Source of the DNA: a virus
DNA: 64,000 nucleotides
Direction: 5' to 3' (one strand)
IMG/VR virus record: IMGVR_UViG_3300049601_000013
Span: 1 to 64,000 of that record
Shown: piece after piece, positions 1-9,065 of the stretch
Layout of the letters: every line of letters begins with the position of its first letter
How positions within the stretch are numbered: position 1 is the first letter of the stretch
Position numbers and translations under genes: made by a program
The notes under the pieces: model-generated
Database searches by the model: none
The model's input: the letters and a program-made list of their open reading frames with translations, nothing else
What the model was told of the DNA's origin: nothing

Positions 1-291
1 GCGACTCCCAGCGGCGCGCAGGCGCGTGACGCCATCGACGCCGTGGTGCACAACGCGACCACGCGCGTCAGCGGCGTCATCCATCCCGACGTCCACGAGA
101 TCGTGCGCAACGCCCGGGCGCTCGCGCACCAGCTGGTGCGCATGTCCGAGGCGCTGGCCGCCATGGCCGCCGCGGTGATCACCCTGGGCGCCAAGCTCAA
201 CGAGAAGCCGGAGATCACCCCGGAGGAGATCGCCGACCTGCGGTCCAAGGCCGACCAGCTGGACATGCTCAAGAACCTGCTCAACAAGTAG
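1..291 (+). CDS. hypothetical protein, 5'-truncated at window edge
   Basis: Frame 1 is open from base 1 (ATPSGAQARDAIDAV...) into the 43..291 ORF. Third-position GC is high. The protein is helical with no recognisable motif. Confidence 0.45.
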   Translation, partial: ATPSGAQARDAIDAVVHNATTRVSGVIHPDVHEIVRNARALAHQLVRMSEALAAMAAAVITLGAKLNEKPEITPEEIADLRSKADQLDMLKNLLNK

Positions 292-355
292 GCCGAAGGC
301 GGCGGAGGTCCTCGGATCTTCGCCGCCTACTGTCGACTACCCAACACGATCGAAG

Positions 356-976
356 GTGAACCAGATGACCACTCGACGCCGTCCAGGACCACGCTGGCGC
401 CGGCTCTTCCTACTCCCGACCGGCAACCGGCGCCAGCGGCGCGCGCGGGCGGCCGCCACGGCGGCGGTGCCGTCCGCGCCGCTCTACCCGCCGCGGCCCG
501 CGTACCCGCCGCGGCCGCTCCAGCCGCCGCCCACGCGGCCCGCGCTCACGGGCCGGCGCGGCTCGGACGGCGCGTCCTCGACGTCGGCTCCCGTGATTAA
601 GATCACGGCCATGGAGACGCCGGCCACGGGCACGCCGATTCACCGCATGCCTGCGACGGAGGGCGAGCACGGCGTGAGCGCGCGGCTCGTGCCGCGTAAG
701 CCCGAGCAGTCCCCCGATGAGTTCCTCATGACGGAGGGGTGGCAGCGGTTCTTCGACGCGGCCATCCGACGCGAGGACGTCGTGGAGTTCACCGTGCGCC
801 AGGGAAGCGGCGCGACGGTGCGCGTCAGTGAGACGACCATCGAGATCCCCAAGATCTTGGCGCAGCCAACGCGCGTCGCGCACCTCTGCCGCTGCTGCTG
901 GACACTGGCATCCGGCGACCAGCTCACCGGCCAGCTGTGGAGGTGCGACGAGTGTCGACAGATCGCGGCGTACTGA
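356..976 (+). CDS. hypothetical protein, Pro/Arg-rich N-terminus and C-terminal Cys-rich zinc-ribbon-like end
   Basis: 206-aa ORF with high GC3 throughout. C-terminus reads HLCRCCW...WRCDECRQ. An alternative ATG at 365 lies 8 nt after GAAGG. Confidence 0.45.
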   Translation: MNQMTTRRRPGPRWRRLFLLPTGNRRQRRARAAATAAVPSAPLYPPRPAYPPRPLQPPPTRPALTGRRGSDGASSTSAPVIKITAMETPATGTPIHRMPATEGEHGVSARLVPRKPEQSPDEFLMTEGWQRFFDAAIRREDVVEFTVRQGSGATVRVSETTIEIPKILAQPTRVAHLCRCCWTLASGDQLTGQLWRCDECRQIAAY

Positions 977-1347
977 CGCCCGACACGAAGCGGTGCGCGC
1001 GCTGCCTCGCCGTCAAGCCGGTCTCCGAGTACTACCCGCGGCGCACGCTGGACGGCCGCCCCTTCAGCTACTGCAAGGCGTGCGTCCTGGACGTCACGCG
1101 CGACCGTCACGTGCGTCGGCAGCGCCGACTGGACGAGGTGGGACGGCGACTGGCCAACGACCTGGTGGTAAGTGGTAAGCCGATCGACTTTCCTAAGCTG
1201 CCGCGCGCGGCGCGCACGTACGTCATCGAGCTTCTCGACACTCCGGGACGAGCGGCGCAGGACGTCGCGGACCGGGCGGGCTGCTCGCTGGGCACCGTCT
1301 ACCGGCACCGCAACAACCGGCTGATCAACGAGAACTCCCCGAAGTAA
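952..1347 (+). CDS. DNA-binding protein (zinc ribbon plus HTH-like C-terminus)
   Basis: KRCARCLAV...YCKACV followed by AAQDVADRAGCSLGTVYRHR. GTG 952 lies 8 nt after GGAGG and overlaps the upstream stop. The ORF track reports the longer 937 start. Confidence 0.55.
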   Translation: MSTDRGVLTPDTKRCARCLAVKPVSEYYPRRTLDGRPFSYCKACVLDVTRDRHVRRQRRLDEVGRRLANDLVVSGKPIDFPKLPRAARTYVIELLDTPGRAAQDVADRAGCSLGTVYRHRNNRLINENSPK

Positions 1348-1361
1348 GATCGCATTCTCAT

Positions 1362-1407
1362 GTGGTATGGTCGACTAACGGCGCCGGATGTTGGTCGGCC
1401 ATACCAC
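1362..1407 (+). terminator. hairpin between genes (weak terminator or regulatory structure)
   Basis: GTGGTATGG..CGAC / GTCG..CCATACCAC with an 18-nt loop. No T-tract. Confidence 0.3.
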
Positions 1408-1439
1408 CACGCGAGGCACGATGAACGGACACGACACGC

Positions 1440-2405
1440 ATGTTGATCCTTTGCGACGGAACAGACGGCGCGGGCAAGTCGACGCTCGCCACGCGGCTCA
1501 CGGAGTACCTGGAACGTCACCGCCCCGGCGACACGGTCGAGCTGTGGCACGCGGGCAAGCCGACGACGCACCCCCTCGACGAGTACGTCACGCCCCTGCT
1601 CGGGTACCGGCCCGGACGTGGACACCACATCATCTGCGACCGCTGGCACTGGGGCGAGACCGTCTACCCGGTCATCAAGGGGCGACCCACGGACCTCGAC
1701 CGGCCGACGCACCGGTACACGGAGCTGTTCCTCCAGACGCGCGGCGCGTTGGGCGTGCACGTCTGGCGCGACGTGCACGAGCTGCAGGCGGTCTTCCGCG
1801 ACCGTGGCGAGTTCATCTTGACCGACGCCGAGCTCCACGAGACGCAGAAGCTCTTCACGGTCGCGTACAACGACTCCACGATCACGAAGCGCACGATTCG
1901 TCCCGATGAGGCGGACGTCGTGGAGTACATCGTCGCGGAGGCGGCGCGCGCCGAGCTTAAGGCACGATCCGTCGCGAGCCTCGTGACGTACGTCGGGCCC
2001 CCGCAGGCGGACACGTTGCTCTTGGGCGACGTTCGCTGCCCGGGCAATCACAACCCCGCGGGACCGGCGTTCACGCCGTATCCCGCCACATCGGGCGCGT
2101 TCCTGATGCGCGCTCTCCACGAGTCGGGCATGGCCGAGACCCTCACCGGTGGCCTGGGAATCGCGAACGCGTGCGACGTGGACTCCGTCGCCGACCTCGT
2201 CGCCAGCGTGCGGCCGTACGCGGTCGTCACGCTCGGGGCCAACGCGTGGAAGACGTACACCGGCGCGTTCGGCACGGAGGGTGTCGGCGCCGTTCCTCAC
2301 CCGCAGTACGTTCGCCGGTTCCATCACAAGCACTGCGCGGACTACGGCGCCGCCATCTCGGAGGCGTCATACTACCGAAGGGACATGCGCTCGTGGCGAC
2401 CCTGA
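1440..2405 (+). CDS. fusion protein: dTMP/dNMP-kinase-like P-loop domain plus uracil-DNA-glycosylase-superfamily (family 4-like) domain
   Basis: N-terminus ILCDGTDGAGKST and IICDRWHWGETVYP match thymidylate-kinase motifs. The C-terminal half has LLLGDVRCPG..GPAFTPYPATSGAFL and VPHPQYVRR, resembling UDG family 4 motifs A and B. Confidence 0.7.
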   Translation: MLILCDGTDGAGKSTLATRLTEYLERHRPGDTVELWHAGKPTTHPLDEYVTPLLGYRPGRGHHIICDRWHWGETVYPVIKGRPTDLDRPTHRYTELFLQTRGALGVHVWRDVHELQAVFRDRGEFILTDAELHETQKLFTVAYNDSTITKRTIRPDEADVVEYIVAEAARAELKARSVASLVTYVGPPQADTLLLGDVRCPGNHNPAGPAFTPYPATSGAFLMRALHESGMAETLTGGLGIANACDVDSVADLVASVRPYAVVTLGANAWKTYTGAFGTEGVGAVPHPQYVRRFHHKHCADYGAAISEASYYRRDMRSWRP

Positions 2406-3232
2406 TCACCGCACTCACCGGACCCGCGGCCTACCTGGAGCTGGTGCGGACCGTCGTCAAGAACGGCGTCAAGCGCTCTCCCCGCAACCAGGCGACGCGC
2501 GACCTCGGCATGACCGTCGTCGAGATCGAGCGGCCCCGACGCGCGACTCCCCTGGGCGTCGGCCGTGGACTCAACCGGCACATCATGGCCGCGGAGGCCG
2601 TCCAGCTCGTCGGCGCCTTCTCGGATGCCAACCTCATGCCCGCGACGTTCGAGCCGTACAAGGAGGCCGACGGCCGGTTCTGGGGGGCGTACGGTGACCG
2701 CATCGGCTTCCAGCTGATGGACGTCGTGCGCAAGATCCGGCAGGACCACGCGACGCGGCAGGCCGTCATCGCGCTGTGGAACCCGCACCTGGACAACGTG
2801 CCGTTCAAGAACGACTACCCCTGCACGCTCAACCTGACGTTCTCGACCGATGAGGACGGCTACCTCGACCTTGACGTCATCATGCGCAGCCAGGACGTCT
2901 GGCTCGGCACGCCCTACGACTGGTGCCAGTTCAGCGTGCTGCAGCAGACGGTGGCCACCCTGACCGACCGTGAGTGCGGGCTGTACCGTCACACGACGTT
3001 GTCCACGCACATCTACGAGCGCGACGTCGCCAAGGCGTTGGAGAAGCTCCATGACGAACCCGAGGAGGTCGAGGGTGACTCGTTCCCCGCAGGACTGGCG
3101 CGCCCCGGTGATACCCCTATGGAGACCATCCAGCGGGTCCGGCAGATCCCGTACGTCGACCGCGCGTACATGGTCCACGAGCACTGGTTCCGTGACGCCA
3201 TCCTCAAGGGACGAGGCAACCTGCATGCGTGA
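2393..3232 (+). CDS. thymidylate-synthase-family pyrimidine C5 transferase, predicted dCMP-specific (hydroxymethylase or methylase)
   Basis: TRQAVIALWN, YPCTLNLTF (catalytic Cys 2822-2824) and MRSQDVWLGTPYD align to ThyA RRIIVSAWN, PCH and RSCDVFLGLPFN. Asp (2918-2920) replaces Asn177. GTG 2393 overlaps the upstream stop. Confidence 0.8.
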   Translation: MATLITALTGPAAYLELVRTVVKNGVKRSPRNQATRDLGMTVVEIERPRRATPLGVGRGLNRHIMAAEAVQLVGAFSDANLMPATFEPYKEADGRFWGAYGDRIGFQLMDVVRKIRQDHATRQAVIALWNPHLDNVPFKNDYPCTLNLTFSTDEDGYLDLDVIMRSQDVWLGTPYDWCQFSVLQQTVATLTDRECGLYRHTTLSTHIYERDVAKALEKLHDEPEEVEGDSFPAGLARPGDTPMETIQRVRQIPYVDRAYMVHEHWFRDAILKGRGNLHA

Positions 3233-3695
3233 GCGTCCGTCGTGGGATGAGGTCTGGCTCGCGGTCGCGCAAGATGTCGCCGAGCGCTCCCTGTGCGAGC
3301 GCGACCGCGTCGGGGCCGTCATCGTGGACCACCGCAACCGTCCCGTTGCCGCGGGACACAACAACCCGCCGCGCAACTTCGATCACGGAAACCTCGGCTG
3401 CACCGCGTGGTGTACCCGGGCGGTCGACGGCGGCGGCGATGCGGAGTACTCGACGTGCCCCAGCCTGCACGCGGAGGCGAACGCGCTGATCGTAGGCGAT
3501 GAGTCGGCGCGGCAGGGCGGCACGATCTACGTCACCAGTCACATCTGCTTCACGTGCGCCAAGCTGGTGGCCAACTCGGGACTGGCGCGCGTCGTCGTGG
3601 CGCCGCACTTTCCCGCGCTGCACCGGGCACCTCAGACGGGCTACGTGCTGCTCAACCGATGCGGAGTGGAAGTGGAGATCAAGAATGTGCTGTGA
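3225..3695 (+). CDS. dCMP deaminase (cytidine/deoxycytidylate deaminase fold)
   Basis: Zinc motifs SLHAEANAL and CFTCAKL (HAE...PCxxC type). ATG 3225 overlaps the upstream stop. Confidence 0.85.
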   Translation: MRERPSWDEVWLAVAQDVAERSLCERDRVGAVIVDHRNRPVAAGHNNPPRNFDHGNLGCTAWCTRAVDGGGDAEYSTCPSLHAEANALIVGDESARQGGTIYVTSHICFTCAKLVANSGLARVVVAPHFPALHRAPQTGYVLLNRCGVEVEIKNVL

Positions 3696-3900
3696 CGGCT
3701 GCTGCACCCGACCGGAGCCGGTCGACGAGCGCGAGCTGCGAGCGGTGGTGGAGCGCGCCGTGTCCGACTTCGACTTCCACGTCTATGATGCGGACGTCGT
3801 GGCCACCGTCAACTCGATGGACGCCCGGCTCCAGACGTGGCGTCGCGCGCTGGTCGCCGACGTCACCGACGCGGTCACAAGTGTGGTGAGCACCGCGTGA
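3685..3900 (+). CDS. hypothetical small protein
   Basis: Internal ATG of the 3499..3900 ORF (MCCDGCCTRPEP...). It overlaps neighbouring genes at both ends and its codon bias looks coding. Confidence 0.45.
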   Translation: MCCDGCCTRPEPVDERELRAVVERAVSDFDFHVYDADVVATVNSMDARLQTWRRALVADVTDAVTSVVSTA

Positions 3901-5714
3901 GTCTTGATGACGTGCAGGTCCACCTGGTGGACTCCACCGAGGACGTCGCCGACTTCATGCGGTGGCTTGGTGAGCGGCGACCCGACAATGAGATCGGCTG
4001 CGACACGGAGTCCACGGGACTCGATAAGCAGAAGGACCTCGTGCGAACGGTCCAGTTCGGCGACGCCGTCCACGGCTGGACGATTCCGATCGAAGACTGG
4101 CGCGGCGTCGTCAAGGAGGTGTTCACCAAGTTCACCGGCACGTATGTGGGGGCAAACTGGCCGTTCGATGACGCCATGCTTCGCAACGCGGGCATTGAGC
4201 CGCCGGCACGCGACAAGATTCACGACACGCGCATGATGCACCACCCGCTCGAGTCGACATACTCCACGGCGCTCAAGAACCTCGCGGCGCGCTACGTCGA
4301 CCCGCGCGCCGCGGCGGCGCAGAAGGACCTGGATGACGCCATCAAGATCTACGGGTGGGACGGCATTCCCGTCACCTTCCGGCCCTACTGGGTGTACGCC
4401 GCGCTGGACCCGGTGCTCACCAAGCGGGTGAAGGACGTCATCTACCCGCGGGTGCAGGCCGAGTGTCCGAGGGCGTACGACCTGGAGCTGGCGACGTCGT
4501 GGGTCACCAGCGACGTCGAGCGGTACGGCATTCACATCGACGCCGAGTACGCGGAGCAGGCCTTCGGCAAGTTCGAGCGGTACGTCGCCGACTCCGGTAA
4601 GTGGGTGCAGGACAACTACGGCATTTCCGCCGGCTCCAACCCGGGCGTCGTCAAGGTGCTCAATGAGCTCGGGTACGAGTGGAGTAAGACGACGGCGTCC
4701 GGTGCGGCGGCGCTGGACAAGGAGATCCTCGCCGGCATCGAGCACCCGCTCGCCCAGACGGTGCTGTCGCGTCGCCAGCGGCAGAAGCTCGCTAAGACGT
4801 ACCTCCGGCACTTCATTGACGAGCGTGACGCGTCCGACCTCATTCACTGCTCGATCAACTCGGTCGGCGCGCGGACCGGCCGCATGTCCGTCCAGCGTCC
4901 CGCGCTCCAGACGCTGCCGCGGCGCAGTGAAAAGAACTCCGACGCCATCGTCATTCGCAACTGCATCTCGGCGCGGCCGGGACACACGCTCCTGATGTGC
5001 GACTTCGACCAGATCGAGATGCGGATCCTCGCGTACCTGAGCAAGGACCCTGCCATGCTGGCGGCATTCCTCGCGGAGGGTGACTTCTTCACCAGCATGG
5101 CGTGTCAGCTCTTCCAGCTGGAGAGCATGCTGAAGTCCGACCCACGCCGACAGATCACGAAGAACGGGGGATACGCCAAGATCTACGGCGCGGGCATCGA
5201 CAAGTTCGCCCTCACCGCCGGAGTGTCACCCGCGGACGCCAAGAAGTTCATGACGGACTTCGACGCCATGTTCGCCGAGGTGCCGCGCTTCCAGCGTGAC
5301 GTCATCAACACGGCGATGGGTCGTCGGCAGCAAGAGGGCGTGGCGTACGTCCGCTCGCCACTCACGGGTCGTAAGCACGTCGCGGACCGCAACAAAGAGT
5401 ACGCGCTGACGAACTACCTCATCCAGGGACTAGCCGCCGAGCTGTTCAAGATGAAGGTCCTCGAGGTCGACGCGTCGGGGCTCGGCCAGTGGCTCACCAT
5501 GCTGGTGCACGATGAGGTCGTGCTCGACGTTCCGAATGAGCACGTGGTCGACGCGGTGCACACGCTGGAGCTGATCATGAACGACACCGCCATTCTCGAT
5601 CCCGTTCCCGTGTCCGCCTCCGTCTCCTTTGGTCTACGATGGGGGAGTAAGCAAGACTGGAACGCCGACTGGTGGAGGGAGACCCTTCGTGAGCACGAGC
5701 GCGCGACGGTTTGA
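3897..5714 (+). CDS. polA: DNA polymerase I (family A) with 3'-5' exonuclease domain
   Basis: Exo I motif GCDTESTGLD, motif B RRQITKNGGYAKIYGAG and motif C LVHDEVVLDV. GTG 3897 overlaps the upstream TGA. Confidence 0.9.
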   Translation: MSLDDVQVHLVDSTEDVADFMRWLGERRPDNEIGCDTESTGLDKQKDLVRTVQFGDAVHGWTIPIEDWRGVVKEVFTKFTGTYVGANWPFDDAMLRNAGIEPPARDKIHDTRMMHHPLESTYSTALKNLAARYVDPRAAAAQKDLDDAIKIYGWDGIPVTFRPYWVYAALDPVLTKRVKDVIYPRVQAECPRAYDLELATSWVTSDVERYGIHIDAEYAEQAFGKFERYVADSGKWVQDNYGISAGSNPGVVKVLNELGYEWSKTTASGAAALDKEILAGIEHPLAQTVLSRRQRQKLAKTYLRHFIDERDASDLIHCSINSVGARTGRMSVQRPALQTLPRRSEKNSDAIVIRNCISARPGHTLLMCDFDQIEMRILAYLSKDPAMLAAFLAEGDFFTSMACQLFQLESMLKSDPRRQITKNGGYAKIYGAGIDKFALTAGVSPADAKKFMTDFDAMFAEVPRFQRDVINTAMGRRQQEGVAYVRSPLTGRKHVADRNKEYALTNYLIQGLAAELFKMKVLEVDASGLGQWLTMLVHDEVVLDVPNEHVVDAVHTLELIMNDTAILDPVPVSASVSFGLRWGSKQDWNADWWRETLREHERATV

Positions 5715-6162
5715 GGACGTTCACATCATCGGCGCCGACCCGGGTAAGATGACCGGCCTCGCGCGTCTTCACCACGGTCACCTCACGGTGGTGGCCGCGA
5801 CCTTCGACGAGGTCGAGCCGGTGGTCCGCATGTGGCTCGCAGACGAGGAGCCGGCGGTCGTCGCGGTCGAGCGCTTCGTCATCACGCGCAACACGGCGAA
5901 GAAGACGCAGCAGCTCGACGCGCTGAAGTTGTCCGGCGTCTTGGAGAACCTCGTCGTGCAGGGTGAGCGTCACATCATCGCGTACCAGAACATGTCGGAC
6001 GCGAAGAAGATCGGGCACCCGACGCTTCTCAGGTCACTTCACTGGAAGTCCGTCGGCAAGCACGCGACCCACAAGAACGATGCAGCTGCGCAGGTGATCA
6101 TGATGCTGGCGAGCCGCTACCCGGTTGCCTTCAACCAGCTGGTCACACCTGATATAGTCTGA
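5689..6162 (+). CDS. RuvC-like Holliday junction resolvase
   Basis: VHIIGADPGKMTG, AVERFVI and KNDAAAQVIMM match the RuvC acidic catalytic positions. GTG 5689 overlaps the end of the polymerase gene. Confidence 0.7.
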   Translation: MSTSARRFEDVHIIGADPGKMTGLARLHHGHLTVVAATFDEVEPVVRMWLADEEPAVVAVERFVITRNTAKKTQQLDALKLSGVLENLVVQGERHIIAYQNMSDAKKIGHPTLLRSLHWKSVGKHATHKNDAAAQVIMMLASRYPVAFNQLVTPDIV

Positions 6163-6192
6163 CTCGACAACGACAAGCGACGAGGAGATCAC

Positions 6193-8067
6193 GTGGCCAC
6201 CGCAAAGCTTTCGCCCGACGGGCAGCTGATCGCCGTCTTCACCGAGTTCCGTGACAAGGAACTGATCAAGTCCGTTCCGGGCTCACGCTGGAACGCGACG
6301 CTCGAGCCGAAGCACTGGACCGTCCCGCTGTCGTGGGGCTCGTGCGTCGCGCTGCGCGGCATCTTCGGCGACAAGCTCCACATCGACGAGTCGCTTCACA
6401 ACTGGGCGTGGCTCACGCGTAAGACGCGCGTCGACCCGGCGCTCGCGCTGCGCGAGCTGATCGAGCTTCCCGAGCCTGATGAGGGCGACAAACGGCTCTA
6501 CTCTTTCCAGCGGGTGGGCGTGAAGTGGCTGACGACCGCCGGCTCCGCGCTGCTCGGGGACGACATGGGCAGCGGAAAAGGTGTGCAGCTTCCCTCCGCG
6601 CTGCAGGAGCTCGTCAACGCGGGAACCGAGGCCTTGCCCGCCGTCGTCATCTGTCCCAACTCCACCAAGCGCACGTGGAAGCGCGAGCTGGAGAAGTGGT
6701 GCCCGTCCGCCACGCCGTACATCTTGCACGGCTCCATGGCGCAGCGGCGTAAGACGATCACGCAGGCCGCCGACGACCCGAGCGCCGTCTTCATCGTGAA
6801 CATCGAGTCGGTGCGGCAGTTCACGCGGCTCGCGCCGTACCCGTCGGTCTCTCTGAAGAAGTGCCGCGAGTGCAACCCGCAGGGCGGCGAGGAACTTGTC
6901 ACCGCGACGCAGTGTGAGGTGCACCTGCGCGAGCTGAACGCGATCCAGCTGCGCACGGTGATCTTCGACGAGGTTCACCGCGCCAAGGACCCGCGGTCCA
7001 AGCAGACGCGGGCGTGGTGGGCGCTCGCGCACCAGGCCGGCGTCATCACCAACTGGGTCGCCAGCGGCACGCCCATCGCCCGCGACCCCGGCGACCTGTG
7101 GTCCGTTCTGCACGGCATCGCGCCCGAGGACTTTCCCACCAAGTCGAAGTTCGTCGACCGCTACGCGCTGATGTCGTGGAACGCGTTCGGCGGCATGGAG
7201 ATCGTTGGACTCAACCCGGCGACGCGCGACGAGTTCTTCCGGATCCTGGACACGCGGTTCCGCCGCATGCCGAAGGACCTGATCTTGCGGCACCTGCCGC
7301 CTAAGATCCGCACGCAGCGGTACGTCCAGCTGACGACCAAGCAGCGCAAGGCCTACAAGGAAATGGCCGCGCGCATGCTGACCCGACTGGATGACGGCAC
7401 GCTGTTCGTCGCCAAGAACAACCTCGTCGCGCACGGCCGGCTGCTCCAGCTGTCGTCGTCGTACGCCGAGATCATCAAGCCTGATGAGAACGACCCGGAC
7501 ACGTGGCAGGTCACGCTTAAGGAGCCGTCGCCGAAGGTCGACGAGCTCATCGAGATCTTGACCGACCTCGGCCCAGACAAGCAGGTCGCCGTCTGTGCGG
7601 CGTCCCGCCAGCTGGTCGAGCTGACCGCCAAGCGGCTGGACAAGGAGAAGATCTCCTACGGCATGATCACCGGCAAGGTGTCGGAGGCCGAGCGGGATCA
7701 CCAGCTGCAGAAGTTCCAGGCGGGCAAGTCGCGGGTGATGCTCTTCACGATCGCCGCGGGTGGCACCGGACTCACCATGACCGCCGCCAGCACGATCATC
7801 TTCATGCAGCGGTCGTGGTCGATGATCGAGAACAAGCAGGCGGAGGACCGCGTGCACCGCATCGGCTCGGAGATCCACGAGTCGGTGAACATCATCGACA
7901 TCATCGCGGAAGACACCATCGAAGAGACGCACCAGCTGCCCAAGCTGTTCGAGAAGCTCGAGCGCCTGGAAGAGATCGTGCGTGACCGTGAGACGCTCAA
8001 GAAGGCGGGCCTGTCCACCGCGGACCTCGACGACGAGGAATCTGCCATCATGTCGTCCGGCATCTGA
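6193..8067 (+). CDS. SNF2/Rad54-family helicase
   Basis: LGDDMGSGKG (motif I), FDEVHRAK (motif II, DEVH) and QAEDRVHRIGS (motif VI). Confidence 0.85.
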   Translation: MATAKLSPDGQLIAVFTEFRDKELIKSVPGSRWNATLEPKHWTVPLSWGSCVALRGIFGDKLHIDESLHNWAWLTRKTRVDPALALRELIELPEPDEGDKRLYSFQRVGVKWLTTAGSALLGDDMGSGKGVQLPSALQELVNAGTEALPAVVICPNSTKRTWKRELEKWCPSATPYILHGSMAQRRKTITQAADDPSAVFIVNIESVRQFTRLAPYPSVSLKKCRECNPQGGEELVTATQCEVHLRELNAIQLRTVIFDEVHRAKDPRSKQTRAWWALAHQAGVITNWVASGTPIARDPGDLWSVLHGIAPEDFPTKSKFVDRYALMSWNAFGGMEIVGLNPATRDEFFRILDTRFRRMPKDLILRHLPPKIRTQRYVQLTTKQRKAYKEMAARMLTRLDDGTLFVAKNNLVAHGRLLQLSSSYAEIIKPDENDPDTWQVTLKEPSPKVDELIEILTDLGPDKQVAVCAASRQLVELTAKRLDKEKISYGMITGKVSEAERDHQLQKFQAGKSRVMLFTIAAGGTGLTMTAASTIIFMQRSWSMIENKQAEDRVHRIGSEIHESVNIIDIIAEDTIEETHQLPKLFEKLERLEEIVRDRETLKKAGLSTADLDDEESAIMSSGI

Positions 8068-8075
8068 GGAGCAAC

Positions 8076-9065
8076 GTGCACAACGGAATCATTGACGGCG
8101 TGCGGCGCATCTCGAACTCGGAGATCCAGGCGTTCAAGAAGTGCCGCCGCCAGTGGTGGCTCGCGTGGTACCGCGGACTGCGGTTCAGCTACGAGGCACC
8201 CGTTGAGAAGAAGCACAACGGCGACCGCGTGCACAGGGCGCTCGCCCCCTGGTACGTCCCGGACGGCGTCCAGCGGGTAGACCCGCGGGAGACGCTCGAA
8301 GGTGTCATCCAGGAGGACCGAGACGTACTGCTGGGCCGGCTGACGGCGTCGGGTGCGTCGGTCGACGAGTCGCCCGAGTGGACCAAGCTGGTCAAGCTCA
8401 ACGACCTCGAGCGGATCATGGTCAACGGCTACATGGAGTGGCTGGAAGAGACGGGCGCCGATGAGCACCTGGAGATCGTCGCGGCGGAGACGTACCTCGA
8501 GGTGCCCATCCCAGGCTTTGGTCTCGATGTGCGCGCCGTGGGTAAGATCGACGTTCGCGCTCACCTGACGTCCAACGGACACCGTGTGTTCATCGACCAC
8601 AAGACCGCCGACGTCATGCCCAAGCTCGACGACCTCGAGCGCAACGAGCAGATGCAGTACTATGAGCTGCTCGAGTACCTGACGCCCGGCGAGGAGGCGT
8701 GCCACGGCGCGCTCTACAACGTCCTGCGCCGCGTGAAGCGCACCGCCCGCGCTAAGCCGCCGTTCTACGAGCGTCATCTCATTACGCACAACGTGCACCG
8801 GCGGGCGACGTTCTACCGCCGCACGATCGCCACGATCCGGGACATGCTCGCCGTCGAGGCCGCGCTCGACGCGGGTGCGGACCATCACGACGTCGCGTAC
8901 CTCCAGGCGACGCGAGACTGCGACTGGCAGTGCTCCTTCGCGGCGATCTGCACCATGTTCGATGACGGGTCACGCGTCGAGCAGATGCTCGAGCACCACT
9001 ACGTCGCCGGGGACCCGCTGCACTACTACGGCGACATCATTGAAAAGACGAGGACGGGATCATAG
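8076..9065 (+). CDS. Cas4/RecB-family PD-(D/E)XK exonuclease
   Basis: GKIDVRA...FIDHKT and QMQYYELL (QxxxY). One N-terminal Cys plus C-terminal CDWQCSFAAIC gives the Cas4-type four-Cys pattern. Confidence 0.75.
   Translation: MHNGIIDGVRRISNSEIQAFKKCRRQWWLAWYRGLRFSYEAPVEKKHNGDRVHRALAPWYVPDGVQRVDPRETLEGVIQEDRDVLLGRLTASGASVDESPEWTKLVKLNDLERIMVNGYMEWLEETGADEHLEIVAAETYLEVPIPGFGLDVRAVGKIDVRAHLTSNGHRVFIDHKTADVMPKLDDLERNEQMQYYELLEYLTPGEEACHGALYNVLRRVKRTARAKPPFYERHLITHNVHRRATFYRRTIATIRDMLAVEAALDAGADHHDVAYLQATRDCDWQCSFAAICTMFDDGSRVEQMLEHHYVAGDPLHYYGDIIEKTRTGS

Noticed and set aside
1299-2333. 344-aa minus-strand ORF
   Set aside because: It is antisense to the kinase-UDG fusion, which has clear motifs. 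Its Arg/Gly/Pro/Val-rich composition and lack of an RBS are typical of spurious antisense ORFs in high-GC DNA.
2171-2392. N-terminal 74-aa extension of the ThyA-like ORF (ORF-track start 2171)
   Set aside because: The extension overlaps the well-supported C-terminus of the upstream gene and translates to Arg-rich junk. GTG 2393, overlapping the upstream stop, gives a protein that aligns from the ThyA N-terminus.
6283-7932. 549-aa minus-strand ORF
   Set aside because: It lies entirely antisense to the SNF2 helicase gene (motifs I, II and VI are present on the plus strand) and has an Arg/Leu/Asp-rich junk composition.
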